A stretch of DNA of 64,000 nt from Nitrospira sp. (GTDB lineage: Bacteria > Nitrospirota > Nitrospiria > Nitrospirales > Nitrospiraceae), in NCBI GenBank assembly GCA_047150005.1, contig AP038806.1, positions 1,184,001-1,248,000 of the forward strand, written 5' to 3'. The translations under genes were made by a program, and so were the position numbers. Below the pieces are notes generated by a model, which saw only the letters and a list, made by a program, of their open reading frames with translations, was not told the origin of the DNA and did not search any database. Position 1 is the stretch's first letter, and each line of letters begins with the position of its first letter. Positions 26,763 through 37,514 of this stretch are shown in pieces.

Positions 26763-28184
26763 TCAGCGACGCATCAGCAGGTGAAAGTAATCCACCGGAC
26801 TCGGCGGAGCCGTGAGTGCGATGAGAAAAGAGTGCGGGTCGTAGCCGATTTCTTCTAGATTTCTCGAGGCGCCTGTCAGTTCTTCTTCAGTCAGATACGC
26901 GACCGTATCCGGCACACCGGTGGCCTTCAAGCCATCGACCAGCGCTTGCATGCCGTCACGCTCGGCCGCCGGCGTATCTACGCCGAGCGGAAATTCAATC
27001 TTCCTCTCGTAAGGGCTCTGATACACCTCGTCTAAGGCCCGGATGGTTTGAAGCATCAACCGATCCTGTTCCCAGGGTTCCATCTTTGTCCCGGCCGACG
27101 GATGGGTCGCCAAGAGATCCATGAGGGTCAGGACATTGGTTTCCAGGCTACACCCGATGAACTCGCGCTGACTTTCTACAGTCACCTTGCCCGCGCCCAG
27201 TTGCTTGCCGACGGCTTCCACAAGTGGGAAATTCACCATATAGCTCTGCTGACCTCCAAACTGGCCGGAGCACGGCTTATCGGGATCATTGAGCACCTTC
27301 AGGTCCGTACTGCCCGCATCAAAGCTACTGAATCCCACCGCATCGGGAGCCAAGAGACGTTTGGCCTCCCTCAAGGTTATGAACGCGCCGATATTGACTG
27401 GGACGACGACTTGTTCATCGATGCGCCGGAGGAATTCCGTGACGGTCTTACGGTGGGGCGCCTCCTTCCAGTCAACGGATCGATACTCCCGTTCCCACAC
27501 GAGGTCGTCGAAAAACGGAGGAAACCGTCTGAGTGTCTCCACGTCCTTCGCGTCAAACGCTCGCACAAACGCGGCCCAATCATCGATCTTGGCATGAAGT
27601 GCATCGCTGAGATTGGGGCGCAGGAATTCTTCCTCGATGTCTCCGGCCTGCCGGCACATCAACTTGGTGGGTAAATCGTTCCAGAGTTCGTTGCAGATGA
27701 TCCGATCCACCGTTCCCTCGGCAACATCGGGGATACGATCGACCGTCGCACAGAGGGATTCAATCCGATCACGATGCTGGGCCAAGGCGGAAGACGCGAC
27801 CGCTCCATCCAAGAGGGACTGCTCCCAATCCACCATCACATAACGAATTCGGGGATAGACCTGCTCTTCTTTGTCGAGCGTTCGGAGATGCGACAGGAAG
27901 CAGGCTGCGAGGTTCCCGTTTCCGGGCCCCCATTCCATGACCGTGAGAGGGGATGAGTCCTTCGCGGGATGCGACGGCGAGGCGTCCCGCTTCACGACCT
28001 TCTCAAAATAGTCCGCAGCAAGGGCGTGGGCCAACCGATAGTCGGCCGACGCAAAGGTTTGATAATAGTTCCGGATTTGATTGCTCCGGAACCTATAAAA
28101 GAGCTGATTAACGTGGACTTGCCATTGATCGACTGGCTTGTAGTCGCCGATCAGCTGAGGAAGCGCATCTGCGTCTTGCAACAT
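26763..28184 (-). CDS. SAM-dependent methyltransferase, MidA/NDUFAF7-like
   Basis: VMEWGPGNGNLA, IICNELWNDLP; start at MLQDAD avoids overlap with the divergent gene. Confidence 0.78.
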   Translation of the reverse strand: MLQDADALPQLIGDYKPVDQWQVHVNQLFYRFRSNQIRNYYQTFASADYRLAHALAADYFEKVVKRDASPSHPAKDSSPLTVMEWGPGNGNLAACFLSHLRTLDKEEQVYPRIRYVMVDWEQSLLDGAVASSALAQHRDRIESLCATVDRIPDVAEGTVDRIICNELWNDLPTKLMCRQAGDIEEEFLRPNLSDALHAKIDDWAAFVRAFDAKDVETLRRFPPFFDDLVWEREYRSVDWKEAPHRKTVTEFLRRIDEQVVVPVNIGAFITLREAKRLLAPDAVGFSSFDAGSTDLKVLNDPDKPCSGQFGGQQSYMVNFPLVEAVGKQLGAGKVTVESQREFIGCSLETNVLTLMDLLATHPSAGTKMEPWEQDRLMLQTIRALDEVYQSPYERKIEFPLGVDTPAAERDGMQALVDGLKATGVPDTVAYLTEEELTGASRNLEEIGYDPHSFLIALTAPPSPVDYFHLLMRR

Positions 28185-28395
28185 CGCACACCAAGCTGTG
28201 ACAGTTTGCTTCGGGACTCGCGCTGCGTGACACCTATGTGAGCACCATGGTGCTGTGCAATCCGAAATTTTAGCAGATGGCCTGAAACCGCCGCAATGGG
28301 TGGGCGTTGCTCCACCAGGCTCGCAGACTCGGCAAGAATCTCCGGACCTCCGGGCACAGCTTGACAGCCTCCACCAGCCGGTGTACGAAATCATC

Positions 28396-28980
28396 ATGCA
28401 TACGGGTGCTCGGTCGCTCCTTCTCTTGCCGAGGACGTTTTCAGTCGGATTCCTCCTGTGTTTCCAAACCCTGTCGATCGCACTCGGAGAAGAAATTCCG
28501 CTTACCAAGAATTCATCCATTTCCGAGTTTCAGAACCGATCGGAAGAGGTCCGGCCGTACGATTTTGATGCCCCGCCGAAAGGCATGTTCAGAGACATCA
28601 CCTTGGCCGAAGGATTCGACGAGGAACTTGGATTCCGCCGAACCCACGAGATCGTGCCGATCAAGCCGACGGACAGGTTCCTCCCCGGCACAGCGGGCAT
28701 TTTTGTCGTCTTTCAGCTGCACCAGCATTATCAAGCTTTCCAGGTCTTCGGTCGATGTTTTCCCGAGGCAGTCGCCGGTTTGAATCCCGACACGATGATC
28801 GGCCAAGACGCCATGTATATCGCACTCGAAGACGAGTCAGGCTACCTTCGGCTGACTCCTCCTGTTGGCGGGTGGAAGCCGGGTCGCTACAAGGTCGAAA
28901 TCCACGCGGGGGAACAAATCAACGAAATGTCGTTGATCGGGACGATGCGCTTCACGGTCGTGGCGGATCTGAAGCCGTAA
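28396..28980 (+). CDS. Exported hypothetical protein
   Basis: Signal-like N-terminus; GWKPGRYKVEI Ig-like C-terminus. Confidence 0.7.
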   Translation: MHTGARSLLLLPRTFSVGFLLCFQTLSIALGEEIPLTKNSSISEFQNRSEEVRPYDFDAPPKGMFRDITLAEGFDEELGFRRTHEIVPIKPTDRFLPGTAGIFVVFQLHQHYQAFQVFGRCFPEAVAGLNPDTMIGQDAMYIALEDESGYLRLTPPVGGWKPGRYKVEIHAGEQINEMSLIGTMRFTVVADLKP

Positions 28981-29273
28981 CCCGCTCGCGCGTCGGACCG
29001 CATTTGCGCCGCAATCAGGATATCTTCCGCATTCTGATCCGCTCCTCTTTCCCGGTCGAGGCGTGCTCAGCGCCCGCTACGCTCCGAGCACCGGCGGATC
29101 GGTTGCCTTCCCAACCATCATTTTCACCGACACCGGCGACCGTCGCGATCGAAACTCATCCGACGAGTCGACTGAAACAGCCGCGGAGCGCGGTTTGACG
29201 GTCTGCGGAGCATTCTGTAGAATGATGGCGTGATCGCGGGGTCCGTTATGTGTGCGCCGGTTTCCCATTCTGC

Positions 29274-30017
29274 ATGAGTGCCCTTCCTCCATGGGCTTCG
29301 ATCCTCATTCCGGTCAAGGACGAGGTTGAGAACCTCGCGCCCTTGACCCACAGCCTCCTCAAAGTCATGCATTCTCATCCTCGCTCACAGAGCCGGCCAT
29401 TCGAGATCATCTTCATTGATGACGGGAGCACGGACGGAAGCAGCGAGCTGATGGACCGGTTGGCGGCGGAGCACCGTGAAGTTCGTACGATTCATTTTGA
29501 CCGGAACTATGGCAAGACGGCGGCCCTGGATGCCGGCTTCAAACAATCATTTGGAGAGATCATCATTCATATCGATGCCGATCTTCAACAGGACAGCGAC
29601 GATATTCTGTTGATGCTGCCGTTCATGGGGACTTATGACGTTGTGTGCGGATGGAGGAAAGACCGTCAGGACAATCTCGTGCGGAAGCTTTCTTCCCGAA
29701 TCGCCAACTTCATCCGAAATATCTTTACTCGCGACGGCATTCACGATACAGGATGCCCCCTAAAAATATTCCGGCGACCGGTTTTGGATAAACTATACCT
29801 GTTTGAAGGCATGCACCGCTTCTTTCCGGCACTGGCTCTTATGCACGGGTTTACTATTACGGAGGTCTCGGTCCGCCACTACCCGCGCATCCATGGGGTG
29901 TCAAAATTCGGAGTCGGCAATCGACTGTTCAAAAGTCTCTACGACCTGATTGCGGTCCGGTGGATGCACCATCGCGTATTGCGATACCACTATCGATCGT
30001 CCCCTGTCACCAAGTAA
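29274..30017 (+). CDS. GT2 polyprenyl-phosphate glycosyltransferase (DPM1/ArnC-like)
   Basis: IPVKDE, IDDGSTD, NYGKTAAL, IDADLQ, HDTGCPLK, GMHRF. Confidence 0.9.
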   Translation: MSALPPWASILIPVKDEVENLAPLTHSLLKVMHSHPRSQSRPFEIIFIDDGSTDGSSELMDRLAAEHREVRTIHFDRNYGKTAALDAGFKQSFGEIIIHIDADLQQDSDDILLMLPFMGTYDVVCGWRKDRQDNLVRKLSSRIANFIRNIFTRDGIHDTGCPLKIFRRPVLDKLYLFEGMHRFFPALALMHGFTITEVSVRHYPRIHGVSKFGVGNRLFKSLYDLIAVRWMHHRVLRYHYRSSPVTK

Positions 30018-30042
30018 CCAGGCGGTTACCCGAAGAACTGCC

Positions 30043-30348
30043 ATGTCCAGCGTAGAGGTCATTTGGATTGCGATCGGATTCTTGGGCCAGGGCCTGTTCT
30101 TCGGCCGTTGGGTCGTTCAATGGATCGCTTCGGAACGGACCGCAAAGAGTCAGGTCCCGATCGCATTCTGGTATATGAGTCTTATCGGGGGCATGATTAC
30201 TCTGGCCTATGCCATTTATCGAAAAGATCCCGTGTTTATAGCCGGGCAAGGAGTCGGATCCGTGGTCTACATCAGAAACCTCATGCTCATTCATCGATCC
30301 AACCACGATCAGACCGCACAACGCCCATCCTCAGTCGGTAACTCCTGA
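30043..30348 (+). CDS. Lipid A biosynthesis N-terminal (LAB_N) domain protein
   Basis: GFLGQ.LF..RW.VQW.ASE...S.VP.AFWY.SL.GG, KDPVFI.GQ, YIRNL. Confidence 0.9.
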   Translation: MSSVEVIWIAIGFLGQGLFFGRWVVQWIASERTAKSQVPIAFWYMSLIGGMITLAYAIYRKDPVFIAGQGVGSVVYIRNLMLIHRSNHDQTAQRPSSVGNS

Positions 30349-30354
30349 TCAACC

Positions 30355-32139
30355 GTGTCACTGCACCCACACCCCTCAGCGGAGCCGATACCGATGGCCA
30401 AGCACCTGGTGAACCTTACGATCCTCCTGGCGCTGGCCGGAACGCTCCTCTTCGTCGGGCTGGGCTCGATCGGCCTCACGGACCGGGACGAGGGTCGCAA
30501 CGCGGAAGCCGGTCGAGAAATGCTGGAAACCGGCGATTGGATTACGCCGACGTTCAACTATGAACCGCGCTTCTATAAACCGGCGCTGGTCTACTGGCTG
30601 ATGAGCGGATCCTATTCTCTCTTCGGAGTCAACGAGTTCGCCGCCAGATTTCCCTCCGCGCTGTTCGGCACCGCACTCATCCTGGTCCAATATTGGTTCT
30701 CCGTGTGTTGGCAGGCCCCCCACATTGGGTTGTTCAGCGCCCTCATGCTGTTGCTCAACATTGAAATGATCGGACTGAACCGCATGGCTTTGACAGACAG
30801 CGTGTTGGTGTTCTTTACCACGACGGCACAATTCGCATTCTGGGCCGGCCTTCATGGGACTGGACGCCGCTATTGGATGTGGTGGTTCTATGCCGCGATG
30901 GGTATTGCGACGCTGGCCAAAGGGCCGGTCGGCTTTATCGTGCCCCTCATCACCATGATCCTCTATCTCTCTTTCACGCGGCGGTGGGGACAATTCTGGC
31001 GCGAAGGCTATCCTCTGCTGGGCACCGGCCTGTTCGTCCTTGTCACTCTTCCTTGGTACGGTACGATGTTGGCCATTCACGGCGCAACTTACGTCACGAT
31101 CGCCAAGGCCCAGACGGTAGGGCGGTTCATGGCCCCCATGGAAGGCCACGGCTTCGGCCTGTTCTTCTACGTTCCTGTTCTGCTGTTGGGATTTTTCCCG
31201 TGGAGCGCACTCTTACCGATGTCGATGTACGGGTGCCTCAAGGCATGGAGGGCGGCGCGCAGGACGGGAGGATCTGCTCCACAACCGGCGATCTCCGGCG
31301 TCGCAGCCGTACCCCACGAACTCGAGTTGTTCGCCAGCCTCTGGGTGATCGGGTCGTTCGTGTTCTTCACACTTTCTTCGACAAGGCTGCAACACTACAT
31401 AGCACCCCTCTTTCCGGCGGCGGCTCTGCTCACTGCAACCTATTGGCACCGGAGCTTGGTCGACCCGACCACCAAAGGAGTGCGCGCAGCGATTCACCTG
31501 ATGATGGGTTTGGGCTTTCTGCTCGCGCTGGGACTGTCCTCTATTCCGTGGATCTATTCCCGTTTCTCAGACAAGATGCTGAAAGAGTTCCCGGCCGCCG
31601 GGCTTCTTGATCCCAGTGCGTGGAACGCCGGTCCCTATGTTGCCGCGCTGATCTTGCTGATCGGAATGGCGATGGTGGGCTATTGGGGTCTACACGAACA
31701 GCGTCGCGCCGGAGCATTCTGGGCGGCGGGCGCAACATTGGCCTTGGTCACGTTGATCGCCATCAGGCTCAGCCTGCCCCTGATGAACCAGTACTTCGTC
31801 GCTCCTCCGCAGGAACTGGCCTATGCCGCCGGGGTCAATCTGGGGCCGTCTGACCATTTTGTCGTCTATGGGGCCACCAGGCCTTCGACCATCTTCTATG
31901 CCAGGCGACAGGCTGTCTTCGTTCCCTTCGGCGAAGAAGAGACGATCCGTCTCACCCTGGCCAAACCGGGCCGGACGATGGTCTTGCTTCCGGAACGTTT
32001 TCGATCGAACCTTCCCGCCGAGGCCGATCAGCTGGTCCCCCTTCTACGGCGTCACGGCTATGTCTTGCTGGCCAATCAACCCATGGTGACCATTCCGAAA
32101 GGAACGGCGCCCCCGCCCTCTCGTCTTTCTCCCCATTAA
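30355..32139 (+). CDS. ArnT/GT39-type (GT-C) glycosyltransferase
   Basis: DRDEGRNAEAGREM..GDWITP, KPALVYW, ARFPSAL, LAKGP, many TM helices. Confidence 0.9.
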   Translation: MSLHPHPSAEPIPMAKHLVNLTILLALAGTLLFVGLGSIGLTDRDEGRNAEAGREMLETGDWITPTFNYEPRFYKPALVYWLMSGSYSLFGVNEFAARFPSALFGTALILVQYWFSVCWQAPHIGLFSALMLLLNIEMIGLNRMALTDSVLVFFTTTAQFAFWAGLHGTGRRYWMWWFYAAMGIATLAKGPVGFIVPLITMILYLSFTRRWGQFWREGYPLLGTGLFVLVTLPWYGTMLAIHGATYVTIAKAQTVGRFMAPMEGHGFGLFFYVPVLLLGFFPWSALLPMSMYGCLKAWRAARRTGGSAPQPAISGVAAVPHELELFASLWVIGSFVFFTLSSTRLQHYIAPLFPAAALLTATYWHRSLVDPTTKGVRAAIHLMMGLGFLLALGLSSIPWIYSRFSDKMLKEFPAAGLLDPSAWNAGPYVAALILLIGMAMVGYWGLHEQRRAGAFWAAGATLALVTLIAIRLSLPLMNQYFVAPPQELAYAAGVNLGPSDHFVVYGATRPSTIFYARRQAVFVPFGEEETIRLTLAKPGRTMVLLPERFRSNLPAEADQLVPLLRRHGYVLLANQPMVTIPKGTAPPPSRLSPH

Positions 32140-32142
32140 AGC

Positions 32143-33237
32143 CTACGGCAGGGGCAACAATCCTCTCATCTCCTGACTTGCCCATAGTCCGAGAAGCACA
32201 AGCAGACAAAAGACAGCATCCTGAGCTAAGGATCGATCACCGGCCGTTCCGCCGTTCGCGGCCAATGGGTTGATCCTGGGGCGGAGCCAAGCCGCCAGGC
32301 CGGCACAGAGCGCAGCGGTCGACATCCACGCAGATCCTGTCGCCATGACCAAACCCAATCCCATCAACCCTCTGAGCGGACCTCTCGGAAGAGGATGTCT
32401 TACCATCGGCCTGACGGCCAGCCATACGTATCCGGCAAACGCGACTGTCGTCAGCAGGAACCCGCCGACCATCAGCAGGGACCCAGGCCATTGAACCGGG
32501 AAAGCGCGACCCATCACCCATATGGCGGCCGACACGCCGACACAGAACGGAGCGAGGGACACCAGTGCCGATCGGAGAGACGATCGCCAGGCTCTCCAAG
32601 GATGGGCGGCAACGACACCGACCAACCAGCCAAGCGCCGCACCGCCCACCGTGTCGGTCAGAAAATGCGAACCGCGGAGAATTCGGCTCGCGGCAATCGC
32701 TAGAGCCGTTCCGATGAAGATCCATCGTGCCTTGCGGAATCTGATGGCAAGGACGGCGGCGATAGCCACGGCCGATGTAGCGTGTCCGGATGGAAACGAA
32801 TCCCATCCACTGCCGCTGAAGGGAGAGAGATCGACCGCACCGGTATGGATGAACTTCGGCCGGGGTCTGCCAATCGCATGTTTGATGAGGTTACTCAGCG
32901 CCGCGACAATGCCATGAGCCACCAGGGTCTGCCACCCTGCAAGCTTCACGTCGGCGCGTTTGAGCCAGACCCCGGCAAGCAAGATAAGCAGGCTGAGCGC
33001 GACCAGGGACTCGCCCCTGCCGACCCGATCACCAATGTCGCTGAAATATGCCAGCCAAGGGTTCGGAAGATACCCAACGGGGTGATACAACGACCGCACA
33101 AACTTCGTCAGCGGAACGTCGAGTTCGAGCAAACCTAGAATGGACACCACGACGGCCGCACATGAGCAGGCCGCGGATGCGAGAAAGAATCCGGTCGAAT
33201 CGGCAGCCGATGGTCTTGCCAACGTGTCCGCCGTCAC
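32143..33237 (-). CDS. PAP2-family phosphatase (LpxE/LpxF-like)
   Basis: KHAIGRPRP, SFPSGH, SRILRGSHFLTD catalytic motifs. Confidence 0.9.
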   Translation of the reverse strand: MTADTLARPSAADSTGFFLASAACSCAAVVVSILGLLELDVPLTKFVRSLYHPVGYLPNPWLAYFSDIGDRVGRGESLVALSLLILLAGVWLKRADVKLAGWQTLVAHGIVAALSNLIKHAIGRPRPKFIHTGAVDLSPFSGSGWDSFPSGHATSAVAIAAVLAIRFRKARWIFIGTALAIAASRILRGSHFLTDTVGGAALGWLVGVVAAHPWRAWRSSLRSALVSLAPFCVGVSAAIWVMGRAFPVQWPGSLLMVGGFLLTTVAFAGYVWLAVRPMVRHPLPRGPLRGLMGLGLVMATGSAWMSTAALCAGLAAWLRPRINPLAANGGTAGDRSLAQDAVFCLLVLLGLWASQEMRGLLPLP

Positions 33238-33259
33238 GCAACGCCTCGTCGCTGACTCG

Positions 33260-34384
33260 TCAAGGCACCCATTCGGCCAGGTACACGTTGAACTCCCCGG
33301 GTTGCTTGGCGTGACGGTCGGATACCCATACCAAACGTTTTCCGTCTGGAGAGAACATTGGGAAACTGTTGAACTGCCCTTCGAACGTCAACCGCTCCAA
33401 TCCCGTTCCGTCGTCGCCAATCAGGTATAGATGAAAACTCGGTCTGCCTCCCTCTCCTCTTGTCTCCACATTGGAGGAAAAGATGATGCGTTTGCCATCC
33501 GGATGAAAGAACGGCGAGAAGTTCGAGGCACCGTTGGATGTGACCTGTCGTTTTCCACTGCCGTCGGCGTTCATCACCTCGATTTCGAGCTGTCCCGGCT
33601 CGACTAACCGCTGATCGAGCAATTCCTTATACCGGGCCACCTCTGCCGGCTCCGTCGGATGCGACGCCCGGTAGACGATCCGCTTGCTATCTGGAGAAAA
33701 GAAGGCGCCGCCATCGTACCCCACGTGATCGGTCAATCGACGAGGTTTGGTGCCATCAAGATTCATTGCGTAGAGATCAAGATCCCCGTCCCTCATGGAG
33801 GTCCAGACGATCGTCTTGCCGTCCGGTGACACGGTCGCCTCCGCGTCGTAGCCGGGCGAGGTCGTCAGCCGCTGCATCTCCTGGCCATCAATACGAACCG
33901 CGTAGAGATCGTAGTCATCCAAGGCCCATCGATACGCTCCGTCGCGCTTCGGTTTGGGAGGGCAATTCGGCCCGGCGGCATGCGTGGAAGCAAACAGGAC
34001 CCTTCGATCACCCGGGAAAAAGTAGCCGCAGGTGGTCGCTCCGGTACCGGGACTGACCAGCCGGATCGTCTGACTCTCGAGATCCATGACGTACATTTGG
34101 TAGCAGCCAAGCCCAGCCTCAGCTGGGCGCAGTGTCGCGGCAAAAGATTCCTGCGTCCAATTGTTGGTAGATTGAAAGATCAGCTTCGTACCGTTGAACG
34201 AGAAGTATGCTTCTGCGTTTTGCCGGCCGAACGTCAGCTGCCTGATATTCTTCAAATGCCGTTCCGTTCCCATTGGCGTACGTTTCACTGCAGGCGGTTT
34301 CTGCTCCTGCGCGGCACTCGTCAGAGCCCAGGAGAAGAGAACAAGCATCGCCGCCAAACCGCTACCGAACGACACGCTCCTCAT
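33260..34384 (-). CDS. TolB-like PD40 beta-propeller periplasmic protein
   Basis: Signal peptide; NAEAYFS, GYDAEAT.SPDG, YDGGAFFSPD repeats. Confidence 0.88.
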   Translation of the reverse strand: MRSVSFGSGLAAMLVLFSWALTSAAQEQKPPAVKRTPMGTERHLKNIRQLTFGRQNAEAYFSFNGTKLIFQSTNNWTQESFAATLRPAEAGLGCYQMYVMDLESQTIRLVSPGTGATTCGYFFPGDRRVLFASTHAAGPNCPPKPKRDGAYRWALDDYDLYAVRIDGQEMQRLTTSPGYDAEATVSPDGKTIVWTSMRDGDLDLYAMNLDGTKPRRLTDHVGYDGGAFFSPDSKRIVYRASHPTEPAEVARYKELLDQRLVEPGQLEIEVMNADGSGKRQVTSNGASNFSPFFHPDGKRIIFSSNVETRGEGGRPSFHLYLIGDDGTGLERLTFEGQFNSFPMFSPDGKRLVWVSDRHAKQPGEFNVYLAEWVP

Positions 34385-36620
34385 CGACGAAGACCTCCAT
34401 TTGATCGCTCGGGTCACGTTTGCCCGGCCATTCTCCACGCGTGACGACAGACCCGTTCTTGAACACGACGAAGCTATTCCAACCGTAAAAAAACAACAGC
34501 CGAGAGACGGTAGCGGCCGCCTCCGGGGTTGCCGAGTACAAAAGGGAAAGGACGCTGCCCGGTCGGTCAGCGCGATGGCACGCGACGATGACGGCCGTTC
34601 CGGGTCCGGCATAGATCTCGTCCCCTATCGCGACGCCGGACTCCGTCATACGAACTTGTTGTCCGCAATGTGTCGCCAACAATGGTCGGATGGCCTCTCG
34701 TCCCCCATCATCGACCAACAGTAACACCGACCCCTCGGAGGGAAACATTGCAGCCGTTGAGTTGGGAATGACCGCAGCACGATCCGCCTTTCCCTTGTGG
34801 TTCTCCTGGGCCGCTATGCGCGCGACCAACTCGTGATACGGGTGAGATGACGGAACGGATCCGGCAAGCATGACCGTTCGACGGGCGTCGGTGACATACA
34901 GGTTCAACATAGGCGGCAAGGATTGCCGTGGGATTCTTTGAATCAACATAGTCTCCGGATCCAGACGCACATCCACGGGACGACTCGGCAGTCTCACAGT
35001 CGCCGACTGCGCCGCGTCTTGCATCTGAACCTCGAGCGTGTGTTCGGATGCGTCATCCAGCCCGATCCGAAGCTGGACTGGGAACCGGAACAATGGTTCA
35101 CCTTGGGTCAGACGCACATCAAGGTCAAATGCGGTAACATTGTCGACAGGATATGCGCGGGCACGACTGAGGGATGGCGTCGGCACACCGCTTCGTTCGA
35201 CCCACTGCTTGAAAAACCAGCCAAGATCACGTCCACTGGTTTCGGTGAATGCCACTTCGAGATCGCGCCACTCCGCGTGTCGCCCGAGATAGGTGGCAAT
35301 CAGTCGTTGGATCCCCCGCCAGAACGCATGGTCTCCGATCTCCTGTCGCAAGAGATGAAACGTCATGGCGACCTTTTGATATCCGATCGCATTGTCGCGC
35401 TCGTCGTGCTTCTGCATGAACCGACTTACAGGATAGTCACGATCAGGCGGCACGTACAGATTGTACGATCGAACGAACAGGCGCCGCTGATCACGCGCCT
35501 GAGACAACTCACCTGTCAGTTCGCACCAATAGTAATTTGCCAGGTAGGTGGTCAGCCCCTCCACCCAGTTCCCCTTGTTCGTTTGGTTGAACACCCCATT
35601 GCCGATCCACGAATGGACGATCTCGTGGCCAAGGGCGTACGGTTGGACGTAGTGCCGCTTGATGATGGCACTGCCGAGCAAAGTAAACGAGGGCATGCCC
35701 AAACCACTCGCGAAGAAATTTTCGACGACGGCAAACGTCTCAAAGGGATAAGGACCCAGAACTCCGATATATGCCTCGAGATACCGACCGGTCGCGTCCA
35801 AGTATTCGTCTGCCAGATGCGCATCCTCGGGAAACAGGTAGGTCGCCAATTTCACGGATTGGCCGCCCTTTGCAACCCAAGGGCGCTGTTTGACGACGAA
35901 ACGATTGGCCACGAGCGTCAGGGCTTCGCTGGGTCTTGTCGGATCCCACTCGATCAGCGCCATGTTCGACTGACGGCATCGATCCGGCGAACAAGCGGTT
36001 GTCTGATTCATAGCCGCTTGCGTTACAGCCATCCAGCTTTCCGGCAATGCAACACGAAGCGCGTACGTGCTCAGGGAGTCTGGACTATCCGGATACCATC
36101 GGCTCTCACTGCTGAGATAGACACCTTCCGGCCCGATGTGGCCGGCCGTCTCACTCGGCGTGACAAAACGAAGATGTCGTGGATCTCTCGGCGGATCGTT
36201 GATCACACCCTGATACGTGATTATGAGCGCCATGGTCTTACTCTCGGCGTAGGCGCTTGGCAACGGGATCACAACTTGCTGCGATTGTGGTGCGGCCGGA
36301 TCATGTTCGATCGAAAACGTGAGCGCCTGGTCAGGCTCAGACCCCGTCGATTCTTCTGAACCACCGACGACGCGCTGCACGACAAGCGTCGTGGCCAACG
36401 ACAGACGGATATCGGTTTGCTTCTCGGAAAGCGCCAGCGTGATGCGGTCGAGACCAATCAGTTCGTGAGTGTCTGGATAGAGTTGCACGAACAGATCATG
36501 GCGTTGAATATTCGCCTCACTAAATTGGCGGGAGGGTTCTTCGCACAGACTGGATTCCGATTGAAGAATCGTTAGGCTGAGGAGAACGAGAACGAAACGG
36601 AGCGCCTTGCCGGTCAACAT
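34362..36620 (-). CDS. M1-family (gluzincin) aminopeptidase, exported
   Basis: HEIVHSWIGN with downstream EGLTTY; GLGMP; IGYQK. Confidence 0.88.
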   Translation of the reverse strand: MLTGKALRFVLVLLSLTILQSESSLCEEPSRQFSEANIQRHDLFVQLYPDTHELIGLDRITLALSEKQTDIRLSLATTLVVQRVVGGSEESTGSEPDQALTFSIEHDPAAPQSQQVVIPLPSAYAESKTMALIITYQGVINDPPRDPRHLRFVTPSETAGHIGPEGVYLSSESRWYPDSPDSLSTYALRVALPESWMAVTQAAMNQTTACSPDRCRQSNMALIEWDPTRPSEALTLVANRFVVKQRPWVAKGGQSVKLATYLFPEDAHLADEYLDATGRYLEAYIGVLGPYPFETFAVVENFFASGLGMPSFTLLGSAIIKRHYVQPYALGHEIVHSWIGNGVFNQTNKGNWVEGLTTYLANYYWCELTGELSQARDQRRLFVRSYNLYVPPDRDYPVSRFMQKHDERDNAIGYQKVAMTFHLLRQEIGDHAFWRGIQRLIATYLGRHAEWRDLEVAFTETSGRDLGWFFKQWVERSGVPTPSLSRARAYPVDNVTAFDLDVRLTQGEPLFRFPVQLRIGLDDASEHTLEVQMQDAAQSATVRLPSRPVDVRLDPETMLIQRIPRQSLPPMLNLYVTDARRTVMLAGSVPSSHPYHELVARIAAQENHKGKADRAAVIPNSTAAMFPSEGSVLLLVDDGGREAIRPLLATHCGQQVRMTESGVAIGDEIYAGPGTAVIVACHRADRPGSVLSLLYSATPEAAATVSRLLFFYGWNSFVVFKNGSVVTRGEWPGKRDPSDQMEVFVDEERVVR

Positions 36621-36630
36621 TCAGGAGGTT

Positions 36631-37416
36631 TTAACATTCGCGGCAAACAAGCACAAGCTGGATGACTGAAAGCATTCGCTCAAGATCGACCGGTTTGGTG
36701 AGGACTTCCTGCGGATGGAGAGCCCACGCTTCCTCAAGAACTTCTTCGTCATGACTTCCGGTGATAATAATGACGGCGCCGCCGAATTCCTTCTGGCGAA
36801 GCCGACGCATCATCTCCACCCCGCTCATGCCGGGAAGGAAAAGATCGAGCAGGATCAGGTCTGGAGGAGCTTGGTCGATCATCGCCAGGGCAGCTGTGGC
36901 ATCTTTGACCCCAAGAGCTCTATATCCTCGAAGGCTCAAGAACTGTACCAACAATTCGCGCACCAACTGCTCATCGTCGACCACCAACACTGTTTCGTCG
37001 GTGTCGGTCGCCACACCTGTCGATGAGACAAGCGAATTTTCCGCGGCCGACTTCGTGGGGTGCTGCACGACTCGGTTGACGCCTTCGACAAGAACATCCA
37101 GCGAGAGACCTTTGCGCAAGAAATCCGTGACTCGCAGCGAACGAGCTTGATTTTCTTGCATTTCCGTCGCGCCTCCACCGAGAATAATGACCGGTGCGTG
37201 TGGATCCATGGCTCGAATTTCTTTCAAGATCATGAGTCCATCCATGCCTGGCATCCGAAGATCCAGAATGGTGACTCGTGGTCCATGCTCACGAAAGAGA
37301 GTGAGGCCTTCTATGCCATTGGTCGCGGTGTGAACTTCATATCCATGGCGGGTAAAGACGGCTTGCAGGAGATCGCAGTTCATACGATCATCGTCGATGA
37401 TCAGAAGTTTGACCAT
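36631..37416 (-). CDS. Response regulator with two receiver domains and no output domain
   Basis: IIDDD..LDLRMPGMDG..RKG and VVDDE..LDLFLPGMSG..TKP. Confidence 0.9.
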   Translation of the reverse strand: MVKLLIIDDDRMNCDLLQAVFTRHGYEVHTATNGIEGLTLFREHGPRVTILDLRMPGMDGLMILKEIRAMDPHAPVIILGGGATEMQENQARSLRVTDFLRKGLSLDVLVEGVNRVVQHPTKSAAENSLVSSTGVATDTDETVLVVDDEQLVRELLVQFLSLRGYRALGVKDATAALAMIDQAPPDLILLDLFLPGMSGVEMMRRLRQKEFGGAVIIITGSHDEEVLEEAWALHPQEVLTKPVDLERMLSVIQLVLVCREC

Positions 37417-37514
37417 AAGCCCGTCCGTCGCTAGGTGTGGGGCATCTGCTGCTTACACGCGAGCGTACCATGAGCCCGCTGCGTCAAAAAGCAAATGATG
37501 GGATCTCTGCAGCG

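Noticed and set aside
34923..36359. 478-aa plus-strand ORF
   Set aside because: Antisense shadow of the M1 peptidase.
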